From Pseudoxanthomonas sp. (GTDB lineage: Bacteria; Pseudomonadota; Gammaproteobacteria; Xanthomonadales; Xanthomonadaceae), in contig JASGJT010000001.1 of assembly GCA_047601105.1 (NCBI GenBank), forward strand, positions 492,879 to 556,878: 64,000 nucleotides of DNA, in the 5' to 3' direction. Within the stretch, counting starts at the first letter, position 1, and each line of letters starts with the position of its first letter. A program made the translations under genes and the position numbers. Below are positions 20,149-32,699 of this stretch, piece after piece. Under the pieces are notes generated by a model that was not told the origin of the DNA, ran no database searches, and was given only the letters and a program-made list of their open reading frames with translations.

Positions 20149-21663
20149 TCAGGCCTTCATCGTCCCGGTTTCCTCGAAGCGCTGGTGCCAGCCCAGCGCT
20201 TCACCCAGGATATGCGGCGTGTGCTGCGGGCCGCGTTGGCGTGCGCGGTCGAAGTAATCCTGCAACTGCGGGCGGTAATCGGGGTGGGCACATTGGTCGA
20301 TGATGACTTGCGCGCGCTGGCGCGGCGAGAGGCCGCGCAGATCGGCCAAGCCTTGTTCGGTGACGATGATCTGCGTGTCGTGCTCGGTGTGATCCACGTG
20401 CGAGCACATGGGCACGATGCAACTGATGGCCCCACCCTTGGCCACCGAGGGTGTGACGAAGAAGGACAAATAGCCGTTGCGCGCAAAATCGCCCGAGCCG
20501 CCGATGCCGTTCATCATGCCGGTGCCCATGACGTGGGTGGAGTTGATGTTGCCGTAGATGTCGGCCTCGATCATGGAGTTCATCGCAATCACGCCCAAGC
20601 GCCTCACCAACTCGGGATGATTGGAGATTTCCTGCGGCCGCAGGATGATGCGCTCGCGGTAGAAGTCGATGTTGTCGGCGAACTCCTGCGCGGCCTTGGC
20701 CGAGAGCGAGATTGAAGTGGCCGAGGCCTTGCTCATCTTGCCGGCGCGGATCAGGTCCAGCATGCCGTCCTGCAACACTTCGGTGAAGCCCAGCAAGTTC
20801 TCGAACGGACCGGTCAGCAGGCCCGCCAGTACGGCGTTGGCCACGTTGCCCACGCCCGACTGCACGGGGAGCATTTCCTGCGGCAGGCGCCCGGCCTTCA
20901 TTTCATGGACGAGGAAGTCGATGATGTAGCCGGCGATGCGGTTGGAGTTTTCGTCCGGCACGGCAAAGACGTTGTCGCGGTCGCTCTTGTGGGTTTCGAC
21001 AACGGCAACCACCTTGGCCGGGTCCACGCGCAAGTAGGCATCGCCCAAGCGGTCATCGGCGTTGGTCATGCTGATGGGTACGCGGCGCGGCGGGATGGCG
21101 GTGCCGTAGTAGATGTCGTGCATGCCTTCCATGCGTGCCGGTGGCTTGGTGTTGACTTCCAGGATCACCTTGTCGGCAATTTCCAGCCACGTCTTGTTAT
21201 TGCCGACGGCAGTGGAGGGAATCAACAATCCATCCGGCGTGACGCCCAGCACCTCGATCACAGCAACATGCATGGGGCCGAAAAAGCCAAACCAGGCATG
21301 TTGGGCGACGTGCGAGAGGTGCATGTCGATGAAGTCGATCTCGCCGGCATTGATGGCCTTGCGCACCGCCGGGTCAGTGTTGAAGGGCAGGCGCTGGCCC
21401 AGGGCCCGGGCCTCGGCCATGACACCATCGCAATCCGCGGCGGTGGAGGCACCGCTCCAGACGTTGACCTTGTAGGGCTTGCCGCTTGCGTGCTCGGCCT
21501 TGGCACGCGCCGCGATGGCCTGGGGTAGCGCCTTGGGGTAACCAGCGCCGGTAAAACCGCTCATGCCGATGGTGGCACCGTGCGGAATCAGCGAGGCAGC
21601 CTGTTCGGCCGTCATGATGCGTGAAAGAAAATCAGGATGACGGACGCGGTCTGCAAGGGTCAT
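20149..21663 (-). CDS. Acetyl-CoA hydrolase / succinate CoA-transferase
   Basis: [49 protein letters not shown] motifs. Confidence 0.92.
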   Translation of the reverse strand: MTLADRVRHPDFLSRIMTAEQAASLIPHGATIGMSGFTGAGYPKALPQAIAARAKAEHASGKPYKVNVWSGASTAADCDGVMAEARALGQRLPFNTDPAVRKAINAGEIDFIDMHLSHVAQHAWFGFFGPMHVAVIEVLGVTPDGLLIPSTAVGNNKTWLEIADKVILEVNTKPPARMEGMHDIYYGTAIPPRRVPISMTNADDRLGDAYLRVDPAKVVAVVETHKSDRDNVFAVPDENSNRIAGYIIDFLVHEMKAGRLPQEMLPVQSGVGNVANAVLAGLLTGPFENLLGFTEVLQDGMLDLIRAGKMSKASATSISLSAKAAQEFADNIDFYRERIILRPQEISNHPELVRRLGVIAMNSMIEADIYGNINSTHVMGTGMMNGIGGSGDFARNGYLSFFVTPSVAKGGAISCIVPMCSHVDHTEHDTQIIVTEQGLADLRGLSPRQRAQVIIDQCAHPDYRPQLQDYFDRARQRGPQHTPHILGEALGWHQRFEETGTMKA

Positions 21664-21835
21664 GGCGGGTACTCCATCGGCTGGCATCCATCCGCCACCG
21701 GGATCGGATGCGCATGGGGAATACCGCCCGGATGGCGCACGGCCCATGTGGTGGGCAATGGTAAGGGAAGTCAGGGGAGGTCTGGGAGCTTATTGCCCTG
21801 GCCGGGGCACACATCTTCGCAACCTGGGGATCGCC

Positions 21836-23908
<2,073 letters not shown>

Positions 23909-23943
23909 TGGCGGGCATTAGAGCACATCCGCCAGCCTGCGTT

Positions 23944-24930
23944 TCAGCGCGCCGGCAAGGCCAGCTTTTTGCACTCGGCCGCATTTCCCAGCTTGACCGC
24001 ATCGACCTCGGCGCGGGTCTGCGCCAGTTGGTTGCGCCAGGTACCGGATTCCACGGTCGCTGCATCCAGCGCGCGCAAGGCCTGCGTGCGGCAGCCCAGT
24101 TCGCCCATCGCCGAGGCGTAGTTGTTGGACAGCACCGGGTCGCCCGGCGCGTGGCCCAGGCCATCGCGGAACAGACTGGCGGCCTTGCGCTTGTCGCCGG
24201 TGGCATAGGCCTGGTTGCCCAAGGCCAGGAACACGCGCGGCTCTTCCGGCCAGCGCTGCTGCGCGGCCTCGTAAGCCGGCGTGGCGGCGGCGGCACCGGC
24301 GACGGCTTCGAAATCGGCCACGGCGGTCAGATAGCTGGCAGCTTCGGCCTCGACCGGCAATTCGCCCGGCTTCAGCGCCACCATCGCCCAGCGCCCACCC
24401 CAGTCCCAGGTACGCAAGAATTTGGGCGCGGAAATTTCCATGCCGCGTTTCTTGCCACTGTTCAGGCGAACGCGGTTGCGCTGCGCATCCGCACCGACGA
24501 TCACGGCGTAATGCCACTGCGGCACGCTGCGGGTCAGCAGGTTTTGCAACACCAGCACCGGGTGGCCAGCCTGCAATTCGGCAAACAATGCCTCGGGCGT
24601 TTTCGCCAGCGGATACGGGATGCGCCCGGCACGGCGGGTGGCACCAAGCAATTCGACCTGCAGGCTGCCACGGCGGCCCGGCAGATAAACCTGCGAGGCC
24701 AGGTTTTCCGGCACGGCCTCCACACCACTGGCACCGAGCACCGTGGCCAGTGCGGCGGGGCCACACTGGTAGTCGGTCTGCGGATGGAAGGGGACTTGCC
24801 GCGACAGGTCGATGCCGGCATCGGCAACGCTGCCGCGCAATTGCAGTGGCGGGTTGATGGCGCAACCGGCCAACACGATCAGGGTGGCCCCGGCAAGGAT
24901 CGCCCGGTATAGCCTTCGATGGAGGATCAC
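23944..24930 (-). CDS. Lipoprotein C39-like cysteine peptidase with C-terminal TPRs (PA2778 family)
   Basis: Lipobox LAGC; YQCGPAALATVL (catalytic Cys), WHYAVIVG (His); TPR-like C-terminal third (VFLALGNQAY, LSNNYASAM). Confidence 0.8.
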   Translation of the reverse strand: MILHRRLYRAILAGATLIVLAGCAINPPLQLRGSVADAGIDLSRQVPFHPQTDYQCGPAALATVLGASGVEAVPENLASQVYLPGRRGSLQVELLGATRRAGRIPYPLAKTPEALFAELQAGHPVLVLQNLLTRSVPQWHYAVIVGADAQRNRVRLNSGKKRGMEISAPKFLRTWDWGGRWAMVALKPGELPVEAEAASYLTAVADFEAVAGAAAATPAYEAAQQRWPEEPRVFLALGNQAYATGDKRKAASLFRDGLGHAPGDPVLSNNYASAMGELGCRTQALRALDAATVESGTWRNQLAQTRAEVDAVKLGNAAECKKLALPAR

Positions 24931-25298
24931 ACCTTGTTGAAAACGTTGGTGACGCCCACCAGCTCCAGGATCAGCAACACGATGAACACCACGCCGATCA
25001 CCGCCAGCACGCTGCCGCCGGCAGGCAGGCGATCCATCTGGCCTTGCAATTGCATCAGTTCGGCATCGCTGAGCGAGGCTAGGCGCGCATCGGCATCGGC
25101 CGGGTTCACGCCGTAATGCTGCATGGCCTGGCGCACGTCATCCCGGGCCATTGCCGTGCGCACATCCTGTTCGGCAGCGGCGCGCGCCTCGGCGGACAAC
25201 GCCTGTTGGGTGGTGATGACGCCGGCATGGGCGCTGGCGCAGGTGCCGGAAACCAAGGTGACAGCGATCAGCGAGGCAAGGATGGGCTTCATCAACAT
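24927..25298 (-). CDS. Small exported protein with a C-terminal hydrophobic segment (PA2779 family)
   Basis: Signal peptide ending AHA; LSDAEL...LPAGG then a hydrophobic tail; ATGA overlap with the peptidase gene. Confidence 0.8.
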   Translation of the reverse strand: MLMKPILASLIAVTLVSGTCASAHAGVITTQQALSAEARAAAEQDVRTAMARDDVRQAMQHYGVNPADADARLASLSDAELMQLQGQMDRLPAGGSVLAVIGVVFIVLLILELVGVTNVFNKV

Positions 25299-25433
25299 GA
25301 TTCGTTCCTGAGCATTGGGATGAGTCCCGTCAATATAGCCGGGTCTCGGGGACAGTATCTCCGGGAGCGGCCATCGATCATTGAGCGTTCACCAAGGTCG
25401 AAGATCCATCACGGGCATCACGGAGTGCCGCGC

Positions 25434-27152
25434 TCAGCCACCGCGGTCCCCGTAGGCGGGGTCGGCATCGCCTTGTTCGAGGCGTCGCGCCTCGGCTTCC
25501 AGGTGCTGGCGCAAGCGGGCATAGCCTTCCGCCGACCAGTGGCTGCGGCCGCTGACTGCGGCCCAGGCATCGAGATAGTGTTGCGGCGCATAGGAATGTC
25601 CGTAGCCCAGCGGCGGCTCGGTGGACATGGCCATGTCCAGGGTCAGCTGCAATGCGGTCACCCCCGGGTACCAGCGGAATTCCGGGGATACATCGGCGCC
25701 GCGCGGTCCGGACAGCCAGTCCGGCTGGCGATACAGCGCCTGTGTGTCGAAGAAGGCCACCGGATCACTGGCATATTGCAGATAGACGATCCGCAACGGC
25801 CCCCACGGGGCATCGTCGGCGACCGGGCCGCCGTGCTGGTTGATGAAACGGACCATGCGCCCGTCGCGGAATTGCGGCAGCCATTGCGGTGTTCCTGGAT
25901 TGCGCGCGCCGGTGATCGCACGCCAGTTGGTCGCATTGAACGGCGGGCCGCTCCACAGTGCGCCGTCGATCGGATCCTCCAACAGCTCGAACAGCGCCGC
26001 CGAACGCTCCGAATTGCGCGCGCCGAGGCTGAGCCCGTGCAGGTACAGTTTCGGCCGGTGCTGCTTTGGCAGGTGCGTCCAGTAAGCATAGACCTCACGG
26101 AACAACGCCTGCGCCGCCGCCTCGCCGTAGTCCGGGTACAGCAGCAGTGACAATGGGCTGGACACGTACGAATACTGCATCGCAACGCTGGCGACATCGC
26201 CTTCGTGCAGGTATTCCACCGCTTCCATCGCCGCCGGATCGACCCAGCCGGTGCCAGTGGCAGTGACCACCACCAACACCTTGCGGTCGAAAGCACCGAC
26301 CCGGCGCATTTCCGCCAACGCCAAGCGCGCACGCGCCTGCGGGTCGCCAGCGTTGGCCAGGCCCACGTAGATCCGCAGTGGTTCGCGTGCGGTGCGGCCG
26401 CTGATCCGGCCGATCTGCTCCGCATCCGGACCCGAAGCGATGAATTCGCGCCCGGCACGGCCCAACCCTTCCCAGGAAACCAGTGACGCGGCACTGCCGC
26501 AGCGGTCGGCCACCGTCGGCTGTGGTCGTTCCGGCTCCATCAATGCGTCCAGTTCGCGGAAGGAGTTGTCCATCGACCGCAGCACACTGCGCACCAGCAC
26601 ATCGCTGGCCAGTAGCCAGACCACCGCGACCAGGGCCAAGGCACTGGCGACATTGGCCACGCGTCGCGGCAAGACTTTGCGCAAGCGCACGGCCAGCCAG
26701 CGATAGCCGGCGGCAGCGATGCGAAACAACACTACCGCGACCGCGAACACGCCGATCGCCAGCAGGCCAACCTTGAACGGATGCGCGCTGTCCACCGGCG
26801 GCATCTGCATCACCGCGCGGATCGAGTTCTGCCAGTACGCGGCACGCCACAGGAATGAAAGCACCACGCCCACGCAGGCAACCAGGATCATCACTGTCAC
26901 GCCACGCTGCAGCCGCGCCGGCGCCTGCGGCAATTCCAGGTAACGCCACAAGCGACGCAGCAACAGGCCAACGCCGTAACCGGCCGCGAAGCACAACCCG
27001 GCCAGCACTCCCTGGGTCAGCCAGGTACGCGGCACCAGGCTCGGGGTCAGCGATGCGGCGAAGCAAAGCGCGCCCAGCAGCAAGCCGGTGCCGCAAAGGC
27101 TGGCCGGCCAGCGGCGAATTTCCGCCAGCATCCGATCCCGCAGTACCGCCAT
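25434..27152 (-). CDS. Membrane-anchored alpha/beta-hydrolase (Abhydrolase_9-like)
   Basis: SLTPSLVPR and several TM helices, then SWEGLGRAGREF, TGTGWVD, LYLHGLSLG nucleophile elbow, YASDPV, GYGH. Confidence 0.8.
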   Translation of the reverse strand: MAVLRDRMLAEIRRWPASLCGTGLLLGALCFAASLTPSLVPRTWLTQGVLAGLCFAAGYGVGLLLRRLWRYLELPQAPARLQRGVTVMILVACVGVVLSFLWRAAYWQNSIRAVMQMPPVDSAHPFKVGLLAIGVFAVAVVLFRIAAAGYRWLAVRLRKVLPRRVANVASALALVAVVWLLASDVLVRSVLRSMDNSFRELDALMEPERPQPTVADRCGSAASLVSWEGLGRAGREFIASGPDAEQIGRISGRTAREPLRIYVGLANAGDPQARARLALAEMRRVGAFDRKVLVVVTATGTGWVDPAAMEAVEYLHEGDVASVAMQYSYVSSPLSLLLYPDYGEAAAQALFREVYAYWTHLPKQHRPKLYLHGLSLGARNSERSAALFELLEDPIDGALWSGPPFNATNWRAITGARNPGTPQWLPQFRDGRMVRFINQHGGPVADDAPWGPLRIVYLQYASDPVAFFDTQALYRQPDWLSGPRGADVSPEFRWYPGVTALQLTLDMAMSTEPPLGYGHSYAPQHYLDAWAAVSGRSHWSAEGYARLRQHLEAEARRLEQGDADPAYGDRGG

Positions 27153-27294
27153 GCCCGTCCCCACTCGAAGAATTTCCACGAGGATACTAGGGCTGTTGAC
27201 GTCATTGAGGCAGGCCACTCACCGGAATCCCGGGCTACGCCGGAACGATGACCAGACACATGGCGCATCGCCGGCCCCGCAGCTCTCCTGCGGC

Positions 27295-29136
27295 TCAGCC
27301 GGCGTCCAGCAGCGCCTTGTCCCGCACCGCGCCCTTGTCCGCGCTGGTCGCCAGCAATGCGTAAGCCTTCAGAGCGGTGCTGACCTTGCGTTCACGCGGT
27401 TGCGCGGGTTTCCAGCCTTGAGTGTCCTGCGCGGCGCGGCGCGATGCGAGTTCCTCATCGGAAACCAGCAGGTTGATGCCGCGCTGGGGAATGTCGATGC
27501 GGATCTTGTCGCCATTGCAGACCAGGCCGATCGCACCGCCTCCTGCGGCTTCGGGCGAGGCGTGGCCGATGCTCAGGCCGCTGGTGCCCCCGGAGAAACG
27601 GCCATCGGTCAGCAGCGCGCACTTCTTGCCGAGGCCTTTGGATTTCAAATACGAAGTCGGATACAGCATTTCCTGCATGCCGGGGCCGCCCTTCGGGCCT
27701 TCGTAGCGGATCACCACCACGTCGCCGGCCTGCACTTCGTCGCCGAGGATGCCTTTCACCGCCGCGTCCTGGCTTTCATAGACACGTGCGGTGCCTTCGA
27801 ATACATGCAATTCCTCATCGACGCCGGCGGTTTTCACCACGCAGCCGTCCAGTGCGATATTGCCGTACAGCACGGCCAGGCCGCCTTCGGTGGAATACGC
27901 ATGCGCCAGGTCGCGGATGCAACCTTCGTTGCGGTCGGCATCCAACGTCGGCCAGCGCGTGTCCTGGCTGAAGGCGACCTGCGTGGGGATGCCCGCCGGG
28001 CCGGCCTTGAAGAAGGTGTGCACGGATTCATCGTCGGTGCGGGTGATGTCCCACTTGGCGATGGCCTCGCGCTGGGTTTTGGCGTGCACGGTGGCGGCAT
28101 CGGTGTGCAGCAAACCGCCGCGCGCCAATTCGCCCAGGATCGAGACGATGCCACCGGCACGATGCACGTCTTCGATGTGGTACTTCTGCGTGTTCGGCGC
28201 AACCTTGCACAACTGCGGCACCTTGCGCGACAGGCGATCGATGTCGCGCATCGTGAACGGCACTTCGGCTTCCTGCGCGGCGGCGAGCAGGTGAAGAATC
28301 GTGTTGGTAGAACCGCCCATCGCGATGTCCAGCATCATCGCGTTCTCGAAGGCCTCGAAGGTGGCGATGCCGCGCGGCAAGGCGCGTTCATCGCCATCGC
28401 CATACCAGCGATGGCACAACTCCACCACAGTGCGGCCGGCGCGCAGGAACAATTGCTCGCGGTCGGCATGGGTTGCCAAGATGGTGCCGTTGCCCGGCAG
28501 CGATAGCCCCAGTGCTTCGGTCAGGCAGTTCATCGAATTGGCGGTGAACATGCCACTGCACGATCCGCAGGTCGGGCAGGCGCTGCGTTCGACCGCGGCG
28601 ACGGTTTCGTCACTGTTGTTCGGATCGGCGGCCATCACCATCGCGTCGATCAGGTCGAGCTTGTGTTCCGCCAGCCGGGTCTTGCCCGCTTCCATCGGCC
28701 CGCCGGAAACAAACACCGTCGGGATGTTCAAACGCAACGCCGCCATCAACATGCCCGGCGTGATCTTGTCGCAATTGGAAATGCACACCAGCGCGTCGGC
28801 GCAATGGGCATTGACCATGTATTCCACCGAGTCGGCGATCAACTCGCGGCTGGGCAGCGAATACAGCATGCCGTCGTGGCCCATCGCGATGCCGTCATCC
28901 ACCGCAATGGTGTCGAACTCGCGGGCGACGCCGCCGACGCGCTCGATCTCGCGCGCGACCAGCTGGCCGAGATCCTTCAGGTGCACATGGCCGGGCACGA
29001 ACTGGGTAAAGGAATTGGCAATGGCGATGATCGGCTTGCCGAAGTCGCCGTCTTTCAAACCGGTGGCGCGCCACAGCGCGCGGGCACCGGCCATGTTGCG
29101 GCCATGGGTGGAGGTTTTGGAGCGGTATTCGGGCAT
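27295..29136 (-). CDS. ilvD: Dihydroxy-acid dehydratase
   Basis: [65 protein letters not shown]. Confidence 0.98.
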   Translation of the reverse strand: MPEYRSKTSTHGRNMAGARALWRATGLKDGDFGKPIIAIANSFTQFVPGHVHLKDLGQLVAREIERVGGVAREFDTIAVDDGIAMGHDGMLYSLPSRELIADSVEYMVNAHCADALVCISNCDKITPGMLMAALRLNIPTVFVSGGPMEAGKTRLAEHKLDLIDAMVMAADPNNSDETVAAVERSACPTCGSCSGMFTANSMNCLTEALGLSLPGNGTILATHADREQLFLRAGRTVVELCHRWYGDGDERALPRGIATFEAFENAMMLDIAMGGSTNTILHLLAAAQEAEVPFTMRDIDRLSRKVPQLCKVAPNTQKYHIEDVHRAGGIVSILGELARGGLLHTDAATVHAKTQREAIAKWDITRTDDESVHTFFKAGPAGIPTQVAFSQDTRWPTLDADRNEGCIRDLAHAYSTEGGLAVLYGNIALDGCVVKTAGVDEELHVFEGTARVYESQDAAVKGILGDEVQAGDVVVIRYEGPKGGPGMQEMLYPTSYLKSKGLGKKCALLTDGRFSGGTSGLSIGHASPEAAGGGAIGLVCNGDKIRIDIPQRGINLLVSDEELASRRAAQDTQGWKPAQPRERKVSTALKAYALLATSADKGAVRDKALLDAG

Positions 29137-29254
29137 TTCTGGAGGCGCTGGCTTTGGGCTGGCGCGGGCATTCGGGAAAGTATGGAATTTTGCGGGTTTT
29201 CCACGGTTTCAGTGGCAACTATTTCTGCGGCAACCAAGAAGTCCCGCAATTCGC

Positions 29255-29284
29255 TTGACATGCCCCAAGGCGCGGGTTTAGTTT
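29255..29284 (+). promoter_or_regulatory. Putative sigma-70 promoter of the ilvC operon leader
   Basis: TTGACA at 29255-29260 and TAGTTT at 29279-29284 (18-bp spacer). Confidence 0.6.
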
Positions 29285-29290
29285 GCCCGG

Positions 29291-29398
29291 ATGTTGCAAC
29301 GCCACAACCCCTGCCATCACGCTGCCAGCGCCGATTCGGCGCTCGTACTCGTCCTTCTCATTAGCCAGCCCACAGGTGCGGGACGAGCAGGCGCGTAA
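29291..29398 (+). CDS. ilv operon attenuator leader peptide (35 aa)
   Basis: MLQRHNPCHHAASADSALVLVLLISQPTGAGRAGA*; seven consecutive Leu/Val/Ile codons; followed by a terminator and then ilvC. Below the ORF-track size cut-off. Confidence 0.88.
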   Translation: MLQRHNPCHHAASADSALVLVLLISQPTGAGRAGA

Positions 29399-29422
29399 GC
29401 AGACAAACACGCCGGATTCCAG

Positions 29423-29454
29423 ACCCCGCACCGCAAGGCGCGGGGTTTTTTGTT
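29423..29454 (+). terminator. Attenuator rho-independent terminator
   Basis: accccgc-accgcaaggc-gcggggt stem-loop followed by a T-tract, 25 nt after the leader stop. Confidence 0.88.
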
Positions 29455-29536
29455 GGAAAGCCCTTGCAGAAAATTTCAGAAAAAACCCTGAATCACCCAA
29501 CCCATCCCCAACTCAACCAACCCGAGAAATTCCACC

Positions 29537-30517
<981 letters not shown>

Positions 30518-30565
30518 TCCGGCACCACATTCCTTTCCACGTTGCAAACAAGGCAGGCCACTGTC

Positions 30566-32332
30566 ATGAACGCCACCTCCACCAGCAAGCCGCGCAACGG
30601 CGCACGCTGGATCGCGCACGCCCTCGAAACCGAGGGCGTGGACACGCTGTTCGGGTATCCCGGCGGCACCATCATGCCGTTCTACGATGCGCTGGTTGAC
30701 AGCAAGCTCCAGCACATCCTCGTGCGCCACGAACAAGGCGCGGCACTGGCGGCGAACGGTTACGCGCGCGCCAGCGGCAAGGTCGGCGTGTGCGTGGCGA
30801 CCAGCGGCCCCGGTGCGTCGAACCTGGTCACCGGCATCGCCGATGCGTACCTGGATTCGGTGCCGATGATCTGCCTGACCGGCCAGGTCGGCACGCCGCT
30901 GCTGGGCACCGATGCCTTCCAGGAACTGGACGTGTTCGGCCTGACCCTGCCCATCGTCAAGCACAGCTTCCTGGTGCGCAGCGTCGATGAACTGCCGCGC
31001 GTGTTTGCCGAGGCCTTCCGCATTGCCCGCGAAGGCCGGCCCGGCCCGGTGCTGATCGACCTGCCCAAGGACGTGCAGCAGACCGATGCCTCGCACCTGC
31101 CCGACCACGTGCCGGCGCAGGTCGAGGCCATCGCCGCACCGGCGAAGGAAAAGATCGCCGATGCACTGGCCGCGATTGCCGCGGCGGAAAAGCCGGTCAT
31201 CTACGGCGGCGGCGGCATTGCGCTGAGCGATTCGGTCGCCGAATTCCGCGAATTCGTCGAAGCCACGCAGATCCCGACCGTGCTGACCTTGCAGGGCCTG
31301 GGCGCGTTGCCGGCCAACCACCCGCAATTCCTCGGCATGATCGGCATGCACGGTTCGCGTGCGTCGAACATGGCGGTGCAGGAATGCGATCTGCTGGTCG
31401 TGGTCGGCGCACGTTTCGACGATCGTGCCACTGGCAAGCTCAGCGAGTTCGCGCCTTTCGCTCGCGTCGTCCACCTGGATGCCGATGCGTATGAAATCGA
31501 CAAGCTGCGCACTTCCAACGTCAAGCTGCCGGGCAACGTCAAGGACGGCCTGCGCGCGCTCAAGGCCGCGCAGCCCGCGAACGACGAATGGAAGCAACGC
31601 AACGCACAGCGCAAGCAGAAGTTCGCCGCACGCTACGACGCACCCGGTACCGACATCTACGCGCCGGCCTTGCTCAAGCGCCTGTGCGAAGTCGCGCCGG
31701 AAGACACCATCATCACCGCCGACGTCGGCCAGCACCAGATGTGGGTGGCGCAGCATTGCAAGTTCAGCGATCCCCGCAATCACCTGACTTCCGGCGCGCT
31801 GGGCACGATGGGTTTCGGCCTGCCCGCGGCGATGGGTGCGCAGTTCGCCTGCCCGGATCGCACCGTGGTGCTGGTCAATGGCGACGGCGGTTTCATGATG
31901 AACGTGCAGGAGCTGGCGACGATTGCCCGCTGCCGCCTGCCGGTGAAGATGGTGCTGCTGGACAACTCCGCGCTGGGCATGGTGCGGCAGTGGCAGGAAT
32001 TGTTCTTCGCCGAGCGCTATTCGGAAATCGACCTGAGTGACAACCCGGATTTCACCGCCTTGGCGCAGGTGTTCGGCATTCCCGCCAAGCGCATCGAACT
32101 GCGCAGCCAGATCGACGATGCACTGGCCGAATTGCTGGCCACGCCGGGCCCGGCGCTGCTGCACGTCAAGATCGACGTGAAGGCCAATGTCTGGCCGCTG
32201 GTGCCGCCGAACCAGGCCAACAGCGCGATGCTGGATTCCAACCCGGCCAAGCAAGCCGATGCCGTTGCCGCTGCGCCGGCACCGACCGCTGCCCCCGCCA
32301 GCACGGAGAAGAAAAATGCGCTACCGGCTTGA
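30566..32332 (+). CDS. ilvG: Acetolactate synthase catalytic subunit (IlvG-like)
   Basis: FGYPGGTIMP, RHEQGA, TSGPGASN, GARFDDRATG, DVGQHQMW, GDGGFMMN ThDP motif. Confidence 0.93.
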   Translation: MNATSTSKPRNGARWIAHALETEGVDTLFGYPGGTIMPFYDALVDSKLQHILVRHEQGAALAANGYARASGKVGVCVATSGPGASNLVTGIADAYLDSVPMICLTGQVGTPLLGTDAFQELDVFGLTLPIVKHSFLVRSVDELPRVFAEAFRIAREGRPGPVLIDLPKDVQQTDASHLPDHVPAQVEAIAAPAKEKIADALAAIAAAEKPVIYGGGGIALSDSVAEFREFVEATQIPTVLTLQGLGALPANHPQFLGMIGMHGSRASNMAVQECDLLVVVGARFDDRATGKLSEFAPFARVVHLDADAYEIDKLRTSNVKLPGNVKDGLRALKAAQPANDEWKQRNAQRKQKFAARYDAPGTDIYAPALLKRLCEVAPEDTIITADVGQHQMWVAQHCKFSDPRNHLTSGALGTMGFGLPAAMGAQFACPDRTVVLVNGDGGFMMNVQELATIARCRLPVKMVLLDNSALGMVRQWQELFFAERYSEIDLSDNPDFTALAQVFGIPAKRIELRSQIDDALAELLATPGPALLHVKIDVKANVWPLVPPNQANSAMLDSNPAKQADAVAAAPAPTAAPASTEKKNALPA

Positions 32333-32570
32333 ACTGAAACTCAAGCGCGCCGAAGGCGCGCTGATCCGGGTGCTGGGCATGACCGAGCGCCGCGGCTACC
32401 CGCCGCACGCCATCCACGCCAACCTCGACGGCGATGGCCGCTGGCTGCTGGCCTTGGTGATCGACAGCAACCGCTCGCCGGAAACCCTGCGCCAGCAATT
32501 GCTGAAGATCTACGACGTTGACGCGATCAGCATCAGCGCCCTGCAGGAATTGCAGGAGCGGGCGGCGTGA
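32316..32570 (+). CDS. ilvM: Acetolactate synthase small ACT subunit (IlvM-like)
   Basis: MRYRLELKLKRAEGALIRVLGMTERRGY...LRQQLLKIYDV; overlaps the ilvG end. Confidence 0.85.
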   Translation: MRYRLELKLKRAEGALIRVLGMTERRGYPPHAIHANLDGDGRWLLALVIDSNRSPETLRQQLLKIYDVDAISISALQELQERAA

Positions 32571-32584
32571 ACACGATGGCGAAG

Positions 32585-32697
32585 GCAGCCGGCAACCGGA
32601 AGCCGGCAACCGGAAGGCATGTGCGGAGGCATCTTCTTCAACCGTGCCTGTCGCTTTCCGGCTACCGGTTACCGGCTACCTGTTACCGGCTTCCGAG
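32585..32697. repeat. Heptamer-periodic inverted repeat array
   Basis: gcagccg-gcaaccg-gaagccg-gcaaccg-gaag ... cggctac-cggttac-cggctac-ctgttac-cggcttc between ilvM and ilvA. Confidence 0.75.
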
Positions 32698-32699
32698 CC

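Noticed and set aside
19747-20715. 322-aa ORF as a real gene
   Set aside because: Only about 59 codons are MetE-like; the remainder is antisense to the CoA-transferase.
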